A stretch of 63,626 nucleotides of DNA, counting the filler. It is 4 parts of 4 records of this genome, joined end to end, with 100 filler letters (N's around TTAATTAATTAA, not from the genome) between each part and the next. Parts side by side here need not be neighbours in the genome. Positions count along the whole stretch, not along the records: positions 1 to 21,536 come from DRR723986_12854; 3 more parts are not named here. One strand, given 5' to 3'. Shown here piece by piece: positions 1 through 11,286 of the stretch. Position 1 is the stretch's first letter; each line of letters opens with the position of its first letter. The notes beneath the pieces were generated by a model that was not told the DNA's origin, did no database searches, and saw only the letters and a program-made list of their open reading frames with translations. The translations under genes were made by a program, and so were the position numbers.

Positions 1-250
1 TCACAGCCCTTAGGGCTCACAGCCCATTTGCTACACCTCTTGAGAATTTCCTGACTTAAAGAATTTTGGCTTGGGGATCCCGCAACGCTTGGAATATTGA
101 GAGCAGTGAAGATCAAAAGTTGACAGCCCCACATTCCAGGATGCGAGACATGTCAAATTGCTCTGAGAACCAAGCCACTTCGGCTTAAATGCTTCAGAAT
201 GACAGTCAGCGCTAAGATTTAAATGTTGAACGGTCAATTTTTGAGACCAA

Positions 251-303
251 GAGTTTTCCACCACAGCTGTTAGCCTGTGGCTAACAGCTGTGGTGGAAAA
301 CTC
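251..303. repeat. Perfect 25-bp inverted repeat with 3-nt loop (REP-like hairpin)
   Basis: GAGTTTTCCACCACAGCTGTTAGCC (251-275), TGT, GGCTAACAGCTGTGGTGGAAAACTC (279-303); the arms are exact reverse complements. Confidence 0.9.
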
Positions 304-420
304 GATGAATCCAAACCCAAAAACAAACAAAAAAAAGACCAGCAAGCTAGCAAGTGCAACGCAGCGAGCGAAGCGTGCAAGCCTCAAAAAGAGAAGACCG
401 TGACGCCAGCCCCAAAACAC

Positions 421-453
421 AAAAAGCCCGCGGATCCAGGAACCACGGGCTTT
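421..453 (-). terminator. Rho-independent terminator after prfB
   Basis: Minus strand reads AAAGCCCGTGG-loop-CCGCGGGCTTTTT, about 20 nt past the prfB stop. Confidence 0.75.
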
Positions 454-475
454 GAGGCTGTCCAAAACTGCAAGA

Positions 476-1574
476 TTATCGGCCGCCGTACTTGAGGAGA
501 TACTCCTTGATGAAGTCGTCCAGATCGCCGTCCATAACCGATTGGATATCCGTCTTCTTGAGCTCCGTACGGTGATCGTTGACCATCGTGTAGGGCTGGA
601 AAACGTAGGAACGAATCTGCGAACCCCATTCGATTTTCATCTTCTGGCCCTCGATTTCGGCCTTGGCGGCTTCCTCCTCCTCGCGGCGCTTTTGATACAA
701 CTGCGCCTTGAGCATCTGCATGGCACGCTCGCGGTTCTGGAGCTGCGAACGCTCCTGCTGACACGCGACCACAATTCCAGATGGAAGGTGACGCAAACGC
801 ACAGCCGTCTCAACCTTGTTGACGTTCTGCCCACCCTTACCACCGGAACGGAAGGTATCCATCTCCAGGTCGGCCGGATTGATTTCAATCTCAACATCGG
901 CTTCGACTTCGGGGTAGACAAAAACGGAGGCAAATGAGGTGTGACGCCGCGCCTGAGAGTCAAAAGGCGAGATACGCACGAGGCGGTGTACGCCATTTTC
1001 GGCTTTGAGATATCCGTATGCCAGAGGGCCACGAACACTGATTGTGACGGACTTGAGGCCGGCAACGTCACCTTCCTGCTCATCGACCAGGCTCAGTTTG
1101 AAGTTGCGGCGCTCGGCCCAGCGCGTGTACATGCGCATGAGCATTTCCGACCAGTCCTGGGCTTCGGTACCGCCGGCGCCGGCGTTGATCGTCAGGATCG
1201 CGTCACGTTGATCATCGGGATCGGAGAGCACGTTATTGAGTTCGAGTTCGCCAATGAGCTTGATGGCTTTGGCGGCTTCGGCGTCGATTTCTTCCTGCAT
1301 GGAGTCGTCGCCTTCCTCACCGGCAAGTTCGACGAGGGTCTCGACGTCTTCCACGGCGGTACGTGCTTTTTCGTATTGCTGGACCCAGTCTTTGCGCGTC
1401 GTGATTTCCTTCATGATTTTCTGGGCGGACTCATTGTCGTTCCAGAAATCAGGCGCGCGCGTTTGGGCTTCCAGCTCTTTTATTTCTTCTTCCTTCCGGT
1501 CGATGTCAAAGATACCTCCGCAGTTTGCCGAGGCGTTCGGGCATTTCTTTAAAACCGGTTTTTTGGATATCCAC
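476..1574 (-). CDS. prfB: Peptide chain release factor 2 with programmed +1 frameshift (join 1574-1509, 1507-476; about 365 aa)
   Basis: GGQ ([10 protein letters not shown]) and SPF motifs; GTG start at 1574 after GGAGG; CGG AGG TAT CTT TGA C at codon 22, and the +1 frame is continuous with the 476-1414 ORF. Confidence 0.97.
1505..1519 (-). promoter_or_regulatory. RF2 frameshift cassette (internal SD plus CTT TGA C)
   Basis: Minus strand reads GGAGGT-AT-CTTTGAC. Confidence 0.95.
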
Positions 1575-1706
1575 GGTGTCCTCCGTTAGGAATACAAACA
1601 AGACAAATGTAAGCGGTCCGATTCTGCGGCATCTCCGCAGCGAGCCGGTTGCACCTGAGCGGCGGGTGAAAGCAGATTGCAGTGACCGGCCGGGGCAACA
1701 AGGCGG

Positions 1707-1714
1707 CAAAAATA
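1707..1714 (-). promoter_or_regulatory. Candidate Bacteroidota-type -7 promoter element (TAnnTTTG) for prfB
   Basis: TATTTTTG on minus strand about 130 nt upstream of the start. Confidence 0.45.
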
Positions 1715-2104
1715 CACAAAAATCGCTTGAGTCAGCAGTTTGAGACGCATTGTACTGCTACCGTGTATTATAGGGAAACAATTGATCTCTTTGATCGTCT
1801 ACGACGCAAGCCATGCCAGCGGGCAGAGATTGCCCCGGCAACATCCTCGGCGACAACCATTGAAAAACGATCTGCATAACGCGCAGCTGCCTTCCATCCT
1901 CGAAACCCGGGGTGTTTTATCACCAACATTTTAGGGTAAAACGGGTAGTTGTACGTAACGATAAACAGGCAATTTTGTTTATATTCACAAGGTGCGAAAC
2001 ACAAGTAACGATCGGTGTGGAGCAGCGAATTGAAGCATGATGCTAGTGTGAACGAGAGACGTTCAATCGCTGTGTGCAGAATATAAATCCTAGAGGCGAT
2101 TCTT

Positions 2105-4651
2105 ATGGAAGGCAATTTCTCAAACCGAGTGCAGGACGTCATTCGCCTGAGCCGCGAAGAGGCGTTGCGTTTGGGGCACGATTACATCGGCACCGAACAC
2201 CTGCTGCTGGGAATCATTCGGGAAGGTGAAGGAATCGCGGTTAAAATACTCCGGAACCTTGGCGTAGATCTCTTCAAAATCAAAAAAGCTATCGAAGATA
2301 CCGTCCGTTCCAGCGGCGGCACACTGACCATAGGCAATATTCCACTAACCAAGCAGGCTGAGAAGGTGCTGAAAATCACCTATCTGGAAGCCAAGCTGTA
2401 TAAATCCGACGTCATCGGCACCGAGCACCTCCTGCTCTCACTGCTGCGTGACGACGACAACATCGCGGCGCAAATTCTTGCGCAGTTCTCGGTCACCTAC
2501 GATGCCGTCCGCGCAGAGCTGGACAACATCATCAGCGGCAAACCCACCGCCGGAAGCTCCGGCAGCGGCAAACCTGAAAAACGCCAGAGCAGCAAGAAGT
2601 CAGCCCCGGAACGAGTCAAAACACCAGTTCTGGACAACTTTGGTCGCGACCTGACGAAAATGGCGATGGAGGATCAACTCGATCCAGTCATCGGCCGTGA
2701 GAAAGAAATCGAACGCGTAGCACAGGTCCTCTCGCGCCGCAAGAAAAATAATCCGGTACTGATTGGTGAGCCCGGCGTTGGTAAAACTGCCATCGCAGAG
2801 GGGCTGGCATTGCAGATTGTCCAGAAAAAAGTTTCGCGCGTGCTGCATGATCAGCGCATTGTGACGCTGGATCTGGCGGCTCTGGTAGCCGGCACCAAGT
2901 ACCGCGGACAGTTTGAAGAGCGCATGAAAGCGGTGATGAACGAGCTTGAAAAAGCCAAAGATGTCATCCTTTTCATCGACGAGTTGCACACGATCGTAGG
3001 CGCCGGTGGCGCTTCCGGATCGCTGGACGCATCCAACATCTTCAAACCGGCACTGGCACGCGGCGACATCCAATGTATCGGCGCAACGACGCTGGACGAG
3101 TACCGTCAATACATCGAAAAAGACGGTGCGCTGGACCGACGCTTCCAGAAAATTCTGGTTGAGCCGCCTTCGGCTGAAGAAGCTGAAAGCATCCTGGCAA
3201 ATATCAAAGAGAAGTACGAGGAACACCACAGCGTCAAGTATACCGACGAAGCGGTTAAAGCCTGCGTACGCCTCTCAGATCGCTACATTACTGAGCGATT
3301 CCTGCCCGATAAGGCGATTGACGTGATGGACGAAGCCGGAGCACGCGTGCACCTCTCGAACATCGTTGTTCCCAAGGAAATTCTCGATCTGGAAGAACAG
3401 ATTGAAATGGTCAAGGAACAGAAAAACTCCGTCGTTAAGTCGCAGAACTTTGAAGAAGCTGCGCGACTGCGCGACCTTGAGAAGAAACTGCAGGCCGAGC
3501 TGGAAGAAGCCAAACAGGAATGGGAAGACAGCGCCAGTAAAATGGTGTTCACCGTCAGCGAAGAAGACGTCTCCGACGTTGTCGCTATGGTGACGGGTAT
3601 CCCGGTCAACAAGATTGCTGAGAGCGAAACTGCCAAACTCCTCAAAATGGCCGAATTGGTCAAAGCCGAAGTGGTTGGTCAGGACGAAGCGATTATCCAG
3701 CTTGCCAAAGCTATCCGCCGTTCGCGTGCGGGCCTAAAAGACCCAAATCGTCCAATCGGAACTTTTATGTTCCTGGGACCAACCGGCGTTGGAAAAACCG
3801 AGCTGGCCAAGGCCATGTCGCGCTACCTGTTCTACTCAGAAGATGCGCTCATCCGCGTTGACATGAGTGAGTTCATGGAGAAGTTCGCCGTATCACGCCT
3901 GGTAGGTGCGCCTCCGGGATATGTGGGTTATGAAGAGGGTGGCCAGCTGACGGAGAAAGTGCGGCGCAAGCCCTACTCCATCGTTCTGCTGGACGAGATC
4001 GAAAAAGCGCATCCGGATGTGTTTAACATCCTGCTGCAAGTCTTTGACGACGGTTTTATTACCGACAGTCTGGGCCGCCGTGTTGACTTCCGCAATACGA
4101 TCATCATCATGACATCCAACGTGGGAACACGTGACGTTAAAGCCGGCGGAAAAATCGGCTTCAGCGACGACAATGTCAAAGATCGTTACGAGCACATGAA
4201 GTCAACCATCGAAGAGTCGATGAAACGTCTGTTTAATCCCGAGTTTATCAACCGGATTGACGACATCATCTTCTTCCGCAGCCTGACGAAAGAAAACATC
4301 CACGAGATCATCGACATTCAGGCTAAGCGCCTCTTCTCACGTGTTAACGAGCTTGGCATCCAAATTGAGTTCGATGAACTCGCCAAGGACTTCATCGTTG
4401 ACAAGGGATACGACGAACGTTATGGAGCACGGCCATTACGCCGCGCACTCCAGAAGTACGTTGAAGATCCGCTGGCCGAAGAGCTGTTGAACGGCAGCCT
4501 AAAGAATGGCGACATGATCGCAGTGACCCGCGAAGAAGACAAGAAGGAACTGACGTTTAACAAAACTTCGGCTCCCGAATCGAACGACGACGACTCAACG
4601 GAAGAAACTCCGACCGAAGAAAGCCCTTCGGATTCCTCTTCCGAAAGCTAA
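2105..4651 (+). CDS. clpC: ATP-dependent Clp protease ATP-binding subunit ClpC
   Basis: Two Clp-N repeats (IGTEHLLL), Walker A GEPGVGKT and [11 protein letters not shown]-type middle domain ([11 protein letters not shown]), GARPLRR. Confidence 0.97.
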   Translation: MEGNFSNRVQDVIRLSREEALRLGHDYIGTEHLLLGIIREGEGIAVKILRNLGVDLFKIKKAIEDTVRSSGGTLTIGNIPLTKQAEKVLKITYLEAKLYKSDVIGTEHLLLSLLRDDDNIAAQILAQFSVTYDAVRAELDNIISGKPTAGSSGSGKPEKRQSSKKSAPERVKTPVLDNFGRDLTKMAMEDQLDPVIGREKEIERVAQVLSRRKKNNPVLIGEPGVGKTAIAEGLALQIVQKKVSRVLHDQRIVTLDLAALVAGTKYRGQFEERMKAVMNELEKAKDVILFIDELHTIVGAGGASGSLDASNIFKPALARGDIQCIGATTLDEYRQYIEKDGALDRRFQKILVEPPSAEEAESILANIKEKYEEHHSVKYTDEAVKACVRLSDRYITERFLPDKAIDVMDEAGARVHLSNIVVPKEILDLEEQIEMVKEQKNSVVKSQNFEEAARLRDLEKKLQAELEEAKQEWEDSASKMVFTVSEEDVSDVVAMVTGIPVNKIAESETAKLLKMAELVKAEVVGQDEAIIQLAKAIRRSRAGLKDPNRPIGTFMFLGPTGVGKTELAKAMSRYLFYSEDALIRVDMSEFMEKFAVSRLVGAPPGYVGYEEGGQLTEKVRRKPYSIVLLDEIEKAHPDVFNILLQVFDDGFITDSLGRRVDFRNTIIIMTSNVGTRDVKAGGKIGFSDDNVKDRYEHMKSTIEESMKRLFNPEFINRIDDIIFFRSLTKENIHEIIDIQAKRLFSRVNELGIQIEFDELAKDFIVDKGYDERYGARPLRRALQKYVEDPLAEELLNGSLKNGDMIAVTREEDKKELTFNKTSAPESNDDDSTEETPTEESPSDSSSES

Positions 4652-4686
4652 GCGAAAGCTGGCGCCGACACACAATAATTAGACAG

Positions 4687-4720
4687 CAAGGCTCCGCGCT
4701 CATCCGAGTGTGGAGCCTTG
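4687..4720 (+). terminator. Stem-loop after clpC
   Basis: CAAGGCTCCGCGCTC-ATCC-GAGTGTGGAGCCTTG; weak U-tract. Confidence 0.5.
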
Positions 4721-4787
4721 TGGTATTCAGCACTGCACTCACTTGTGAGATTAAAGGCAGTTGCCCTTGCCTCTGGGAGCTCAACTC

Positions 4788-5882
4788 ATGCCGTATAGTC
4801 CGCCGGAAAGCATCTTTGACCTTGCACCACGTGAGCTTAAACAGACCGTCCTGGACATGGGGCAGCCTGCCTACCGCGCTGCGCAACTTTCGGAGTGGCT
4901 CTACGACAAACGCTGCGGCGCATTTGACGAGATGAGCAACCTACCGCGCGCCATGCGCGAAAAACTATCGGCACGTTTTATCTTCAACGCACTCAGCCTG
5001 GAAACCAAGCGCGTATCCCAGGACGGCACGATCAAGTTCCTGTTCCGCTTAAGCGACGGCCTGGACGTAGAGACCGTCCTGATTCCGAGTGAAGCCTTAA
5101 ATGCCTCAGGCGAGAGCAAACGCCTGACGCTCTGCGTCTCAACGCAGGTGGGCTGTCCGCTGGACTGTAAATTTTGTGCAACGGCGACACTTAAATTAAA
5201 GCGCAACCTTTCGGCCGCAGAGATTGTGGGTCAATTGCTGCTGGCGCAGCGCGAGGTTGGGCGGCGCATCACCAATATGGTTTTCATGGGCATGGGTGAG
5301 CCGATGTTAAACTACGACAACGTTATGCGCGCGGTTGAGACTTTGACAAATCCTGAAAATCAGGTGATTGGCCCCAAACGCATCACACTTTCCACTTCGG
5401 GTGTGGTTAAAGGCATTCTGCGCATGGCCGACGAGCAGCGACCGATCAAACTGGCACTTTCGCTGCATGCCCTGCGCGACAACCTACGCACACAGCTGAT
5501 GCCGATTAACAAACGCTGGAACTTGCGCGAGCTGGGCCGTGCGATGGAATATTACTACAACAAAACCAATATTCCGGTCACCTACGAGTATATTCTATTT
5601 GATGGGCTTAACGACAGTATGGACGATGTTAAACGTCTGGCCAAGCTGGCGCGCCGCGTGCCCTCCAAAGTAAATGTAATACCCTTTCATCCGATTGACT
5701 TCACAAATCCGACGGGGTTTGCCGCCGAACTGAAAGCTACTTCAACTGAAAAGTTTAACGCATTTATTGCGCAACTGCGCGCTTTGGATGTGACGGTTAT
5801 GATCCGCTCTTCCAGCGGCAAAGATATTGAGGCCGCCTGCGGGCAATTGGCCTTGTCAAAAATCCCGGCCATTTCGGTCTAA
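4788..5882 (+). CDS. rlmN: 23S rRNA (adenine2503-C2)-methyltransferase RlmN (radical SAM)
   Basis: CPLDCKFC radical-SAM motif, MGMGEP, C-terminal AACGQL; ATG at 4788 preferred over TTG at 4761. Confidence 0.96.
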   Translation: MPYSPPESIFDLAPRELKQTVLDMGQPAYRAAQLSEWLYDKRCGAFDEMSNLPRAMREKLSARFIFNALSLETKRVSQDGTIKFLFRLSDGLDVETVLIPSEALNASGESKRLTLCVSTQVGCPLDCKFCATATLKLKRNLSAAEIVGQLLLAQREVGRRITNMVFMGMGEPMLNYDNVMRAVETLTNPENQVIGPKRITLSTSGVVKGILRMADEQRPIKLALSLHALRDNLRTQLMPINKRWNLRELGRAMEYYYNKTNIPVTYEYILFDGLNDSMDDVKRLAKLARRVPSKVNVIPFHPIDFTNPTGFAAELKATSTEKFNAFIAQLRALDVTVMIRSSSGKDIEAACGQLALSKIPAISV

Positions 5883-5925
5883 GACTACACGCGCACTCAC
5901 TGTATTGATTAACCGAAAGGGTTAT

Positions 5926-6858
5926 ATGCGTCATATTCAGTGGCTCACATTTTTGGCAGTTCTTGTTTCTCTATGCCTGACAAGGCCAACGCCGACCTAT
6001 GCCGACTACTTTACCGACCAGGCTGAGCAGCTGCGTGAGCAGGTCGTCGTCATTCGCCTGATTAACGGTGACCTGTTAACCGGAACCATACTGGAAACTG
6101 TTTACGACGAAGAGTTTGGCCCCGGAATCCTCCTGCAGACGGCTCTGGGGGACGCCATGGTCTTCACCGACCAAATCGCTGAGATGCGCCTGCGCGACGA
6201 ACATTACCGCCACAATCACCGCATGTACCTCATGCCGACGGCGGCGCCAATTGGCGATAATCACTTTGTTGGAACGGCTCAACTTGTAGCGCTCTACGGC
6301 GGTGCCGGCATCTTTGACGTCGCCTCAATTACATTCGCCCGTACTTTTATTCCAACACTTGCGGCACGCGAACAGTTAAGTTTGATCAACCTTAAAGCGA
6401 CGGTATATCAGGGGGAATTGGACGGCAGCACCAACAGTATGTCAATTGCGTTGGGTTTTAACAGCACCTGGATTAACACAAACAATCGCTTCATGCACGT
6501 TTACGGTGTGGCAACCTTTGAGCGCTCACGTTCCACGATTTCCTTAATGAGTTTTGCCAAAATTGGCTCACGGGATTTCTACAACGTCACCGCCGGCGAC
6601 CGTTTTGATCCCTTTCGCATTACCTACGAAGATGGTTCTGTTGGCGTGGGTATTGGTCTGGACGCGCGCTTTTCACAGTACGATGGCCTGCACTTTATTG
6701 GAGAACTGTGGAACAACGACGTCAACCGTCCAACCAACAGCAGCCTGCTCCTGGGATTGCGCTTAAGCAACAGCGACATCGCGGCCGACTTTGGCATCGC
6801 CGTCTTTACACAACCGACCGCCGCACCATTTATGTCATTTGTATGGACACCATTCTGA
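5926..6858 (+). CDS. Hypothetical exported, probable outer-membrane protein (paralog 1)
   Basis: Signal peptide, 'IRLINGDLLTGTI' small beta domain, amphipathic beta strands, C-terminal FVWTPF. Confidence 0.75.
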   Translation: MRHIQWLTFLAVLVSLCLTRPTPTYADYFTDQAEQLREQVVVIRLINGDLLTGTILETVYDEEFGPGILLQTALGDAMVFTDQIAEMRLRDEHYRHNHRMYLMPTAAPIGDNHFVGTAQLVALYGGAGIFDVASITFARTFIPTLAAREQLSLINLKATVYQGELDGSTNSMSIALGFNSTWINTNNRFMHVYGVATFERSRSTISLMSFAKIGSRDFYNVTAGDRFDPFRITYEDGSVGVGIGLDARFSQYDGLHFIGELWNNDVNRPTNSSLLLGLRLSNSDIAADFGIAVFTQPTAAPFMSFVWTPF

Positions 6859-7008
6859 TTCCATTGCGCGCATTTTAAGGTCAATTCGGTGTGCCCTGGC
6901 GGCAACAACTCAAATTCCGCTTGTTTTGCGGCGTCTGCAAATGGTATCTGCACCTGCGGGTATTAAACACATTCGGCCGGCATTCAGCCTGAACTTATCC
7001 TGGAGTCT

Positions 7009-7956
7009 ATGCACAAATCACGGAAAATCGTGACCAGGTTACTCCCACTCTGCGTCACAATCTTGCTTTTCTGTTCAAGCGTTGTGTTTGCCAACATTAA
7101 GACGCAGGCCCGTGAATTAATCGGCCAAATTGTCAGCGTGCGTTTACATAATGGCAACGTTCTAAGCGGCAAATTGATCACCCTGGAATTTGACGAGGAA
7201 TACGGCGAAGGTGTGTTAATCGACTCCCCCGTTGGCGACGCCTTTATTGCGCTGGAACAGATGGCAGGCATAGAAGTAAAAGGCGCAGCTTACCGCCACG
7301 ATCATCGCCTGATTTTTATGCCCACTGCCAACGCGATTAACAACAATCACTTTATCGGAGTTTTGGATCTGGTCGGCCTGCAGGGCGGCGCAGGCATTTT
7401 CGACTTTGCATCTGTTACTTTTGCGCGCACCTTTATTCCCACGCTTGCAGCACGGGATCAATTCAGCCTGGTAAATGTTAAATGGACACTTTTTGACGCT
7501 GAAATTGACCGAAGCGAATCACTTAGACGCAGCACGTATGCCCTGGGCCTTAACACAGTGTGGTTAAACAACAACAACCGCCTGATGCACATCTATGGCG
7601 TCGGCACACTCGACTTCACACCTGTGGAGTTAACGTTTGCGGGTTACATTAACATCGGCGGAAGCAAGAATTTCACAATTGGCCTTGGCGAATTTCTGGA
7701 GCCGCTGCAGCTTAACACGGATGACAGCAATCTGGTCTTTGGTCACGGCGCCAACCTGCGCATCTCAACACACAGCGACCTGCGCATCCTCTACGAATCC
7801 TGGCTGTGGACCGATAATTTCCAGCGCGCAACCAATGCTATTTTTGCCCTGGGCCTGCAAATATCTAAAAGCAATTACACTACAGACTTTGCGGTGGCGG
7901 TTTCGTTGGATGGGGTTCTGGTCCCGCATATGAGTTTCACCTGGACACCGTTTTAA
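7009..7956 (+). CDS. Hypothetical exported, probable outer-membrane protein (paralog 2)
   Basis: Aligns by eye with the upstream gene (GAGIFD, TFARTFIPTLAAR, NNRxMHxYGV, FTWTPF). Confidence 0.75.
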   Translation: MHKSRKIVTRLLPLCVTILLFCSSVVFANIKTQARELIGQIVSVRLHNGNVLSGKLITLEFDEEYGEGVLIDSPVGDAFIALEQMAGIEVKGAAYRHDHRLIFMPTANAINNNHFIGVLDLVGLQGGAGIFDFASVTFARTFIPTLAARDQFSLVNVKWTLFDAEIDRSESLRRSTYALGLNTVWLNNNNRLMHIYGVGTLDFTPVELTFAGYINIGGSKNFTIGLGEFLEPLQLNTDDSNLVFGHGANLRISTHSDLRILYESWLWTDNFQRATNAIFALGLQISKSNYTTDFAVAVSLDGVLVPHMSFTWTPF

Positions 7957-8187
7957 CAGGTCACCGGCGTAGACTTAACACTTGGGATTTGAGCAATCCT
8001 CTTGAGCACTGCGCTTCCTGCGGCAGCTGGCTTTTTGATTTTTTTGTTAGTTATTGGGAGTGGCATGGCAGGCATTTGAGTTCAGGACTGAGCCTAAGAA
8101 ACTACATTTTCTGGGAGTTTAACATTTGCAGTCAGCTCGGGGTGTGCTTTGATTTCAGGTGAGAGGCGAGAAATCATCAACAGTTTT

Positions 8188-8236
8188 GGGATTTGGGGTT
8201 GGGATTTGGGATTTACGTCTGGGATTTGAGTCTGGG
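8188..8236 (+). repeat. Degenerate TGGGATT short tandem repeat containing a G-quadruplex-type motif
   Basis: GGGATTTGGGGTTGGGATTTGGG (8188-8210), followed by further TGGGATT/TGGGAAC units. Confidence 0.6.
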
Positions 8237-8645
8237 AACTGAGCGGACGCATTTTTGTGTGATCAAGGGGGCCGCCTTACGCTGGCCCCATGCCGCCCCT
8301 CCACCACCTGACTCAAAGTTTACCTCCTGGACACACCCCCTCTACCCTGCAATGCTCGCAGGTTGATTTAAATACATGACTTTTTTTGGTCGACGGCCGC
8401 AGTCGACTGGGCGGCCTTCACTACAAGACTACGGCCTTTTGCGCAGAGTTTAGGATGGAAAAACGCCAACGGACCTAAAACGTGTTTAAGTGGACTGTAA
8501 TACGTGTTAAACGGGTTTATTCAGCTGCCGATGAGTGTTTTGATGGCATTGATTGTGGTGGATTTTGCTGCGAGTTTCACATGATCTGCCCGGCGCTAAA
8601 AATACGATTGATTTCCCTGCTACAGCGAGTTCGCAGCCGGTTATT

Positions 8646-8678
8646 AAGCATTGAGAACAGCGGACTGCCTCAATGCTT
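8646..8678. terminator. Stem-loop downstream of the TRAP SBP pair
   Basis: AAGCATTGAG (8646-8655) and CTCAATGCTT (8669-8678) form a 10-bp inverted repeat. Confidence 0.45.
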
Positions 8679-8784
8679 GCGCAATTTTAGCTTGGGCACA
8701 AGTGAGCAAGAATCAAGTCTCCGCACCAGGAGGCTATGCGAGATCAGGTGCGGGCGCGCAGAAGAACGTCCAGGCTGCATTAGA

Positions 8785-9950
<1,166 letters not shown>

Positions 9951-9954
<4 letters not shown>

Positions 9955-11063
9955 GCGCGCACTCCCAGATAGTCTTGTTCTGAAATTGCCGTCCACGGAG
10001 CGGCCACAGCCATGAAGGTGTTCTGATGTTCCAGAACTTCTTTAAACTCGGGGCTTTCGGCTGCGAGTTCGGCGTTGACGATGTTCGATTGGCGCTTGAG
10101 TTCGAGCAAGACGCTGTCGGGCAGCGGGCCGACACTCACGTCCGGATATTTCTCAGCGAAACCATCCCAGGTTTCAATATTGCGCATCATTGACTGACAC
10201 AACATGTCAAAGGCGGCTTCTTTCATGGCGATTTGCAGCATCGAACGGTAGACCGGCGGCAGTTCGTCAAAGGCCTGACGGTTGATCAGGAATTGCGTTT
10301 CGGCGCCGGGCTCATGCCAGCCGGTGTAGTAGTATTTGGCGACTTTCTGCAGCCCCATTTTAATATCCAGGTAGGGATTAATCCACTCAACAGCATCAAC
10401 AACGCCGCGTTCGAGCGCGGTGTACAGTTCACCGGGAGGTATGTTCGTGGGGCTGACACCTACGCGTGCCAGAACTTCACCGGCCAGCCCGGGAATGCGC
10501 ATTTTAAGCCCCTGCAGGTCGGCGAGGGAGTTGATCGGTTTGCGAAACCAGCCGCCCATCTGCAGGCCTGTATTGCCGCCGGGGAAGGAGTACATTCCGT
10601 GTTTGGAGTAGACCTTGTTCATCAAATCTACGCCACCGCCATACCAGAACCAGGCGCCCTGTTCCTGTGCCGTCAGCCCAAAAGGCATAGTCGTAAAGGG
10701 CAGAGTGGCAGGATCTTTGCCTTTCCAGTAATAAGATGCTGAATGCCCCATCTGGAATTGATTGCCGCGCACAAAATCAAAGACGTCGAGTGGTGCTTTG
10801 GTTTTATCGGATGAATCGACTTCAATGGTGAACTGCCCGGCGCTCATGCGCTGCATGGATTTGGCCAGGCGCAGCGGCGCATTCTGCAACAGGTCGATTG
10901 CCGAGGGCCAGGACGTGGCCAGCCGCCAGGATACGCGTGGCAGCAAGGCTGTGGCAGCAGGTGCCTCAGCGCCCGATTCGCCACCGGATTCACTGCCACA
11001 GGCCGGCAATGCGACGAGCGCGCCGGCGATGGCTCCATTACGTAAAAACTCGCGTCGATTCAT
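9951..11063 (-). CDS. TRAP transporter substrate-binding protein (DctP/TakP-like), Tat lipoprotein
   Basis: MNRREFL twin-arginine plus LPAC lipobox; GLKMRIPG and GELYTALERGVVDAVEW. Confidence 0.93.
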
Positions 11064-11286
11064 GTGTGCACCTGGGGTTGGGATGCACCGCGGCTAAACA
11101 AGAGCTACACGGCATTCATTGAATGCAGACGTGTGACACGGTGCAAAACAAGAAACTCATAAAAAGCCAGAGAAGCGCAAACTTCAAAGTTCGGGACAAA
11201 AGGGCTTTAAAACGCAAAACCTGGAAGCGCGAGCTGAGCGCCCACGCCCCAGGAATTTCCAAGGTCCGGATGTGCAATGACGTAGC

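Noticed and set aside
251-303. Possible CRISPR repeat
   Set aside because: Single inverted repeat, no spaced direct repeats and no cas genes; no CRISPR array seen anywhere in the window
31-495. ORFs 31-465 (-) and 277-495 (+)
   Set aside because: They run through a terminator, a palindrome and low-complexity T/A tracts; not protein-like
1506-1709. 67-aa ORF / apparent prfB pseudogene
   Set aside because: Its last 22 codons are the frameshifted N-terminus of RF2; the gene is intact
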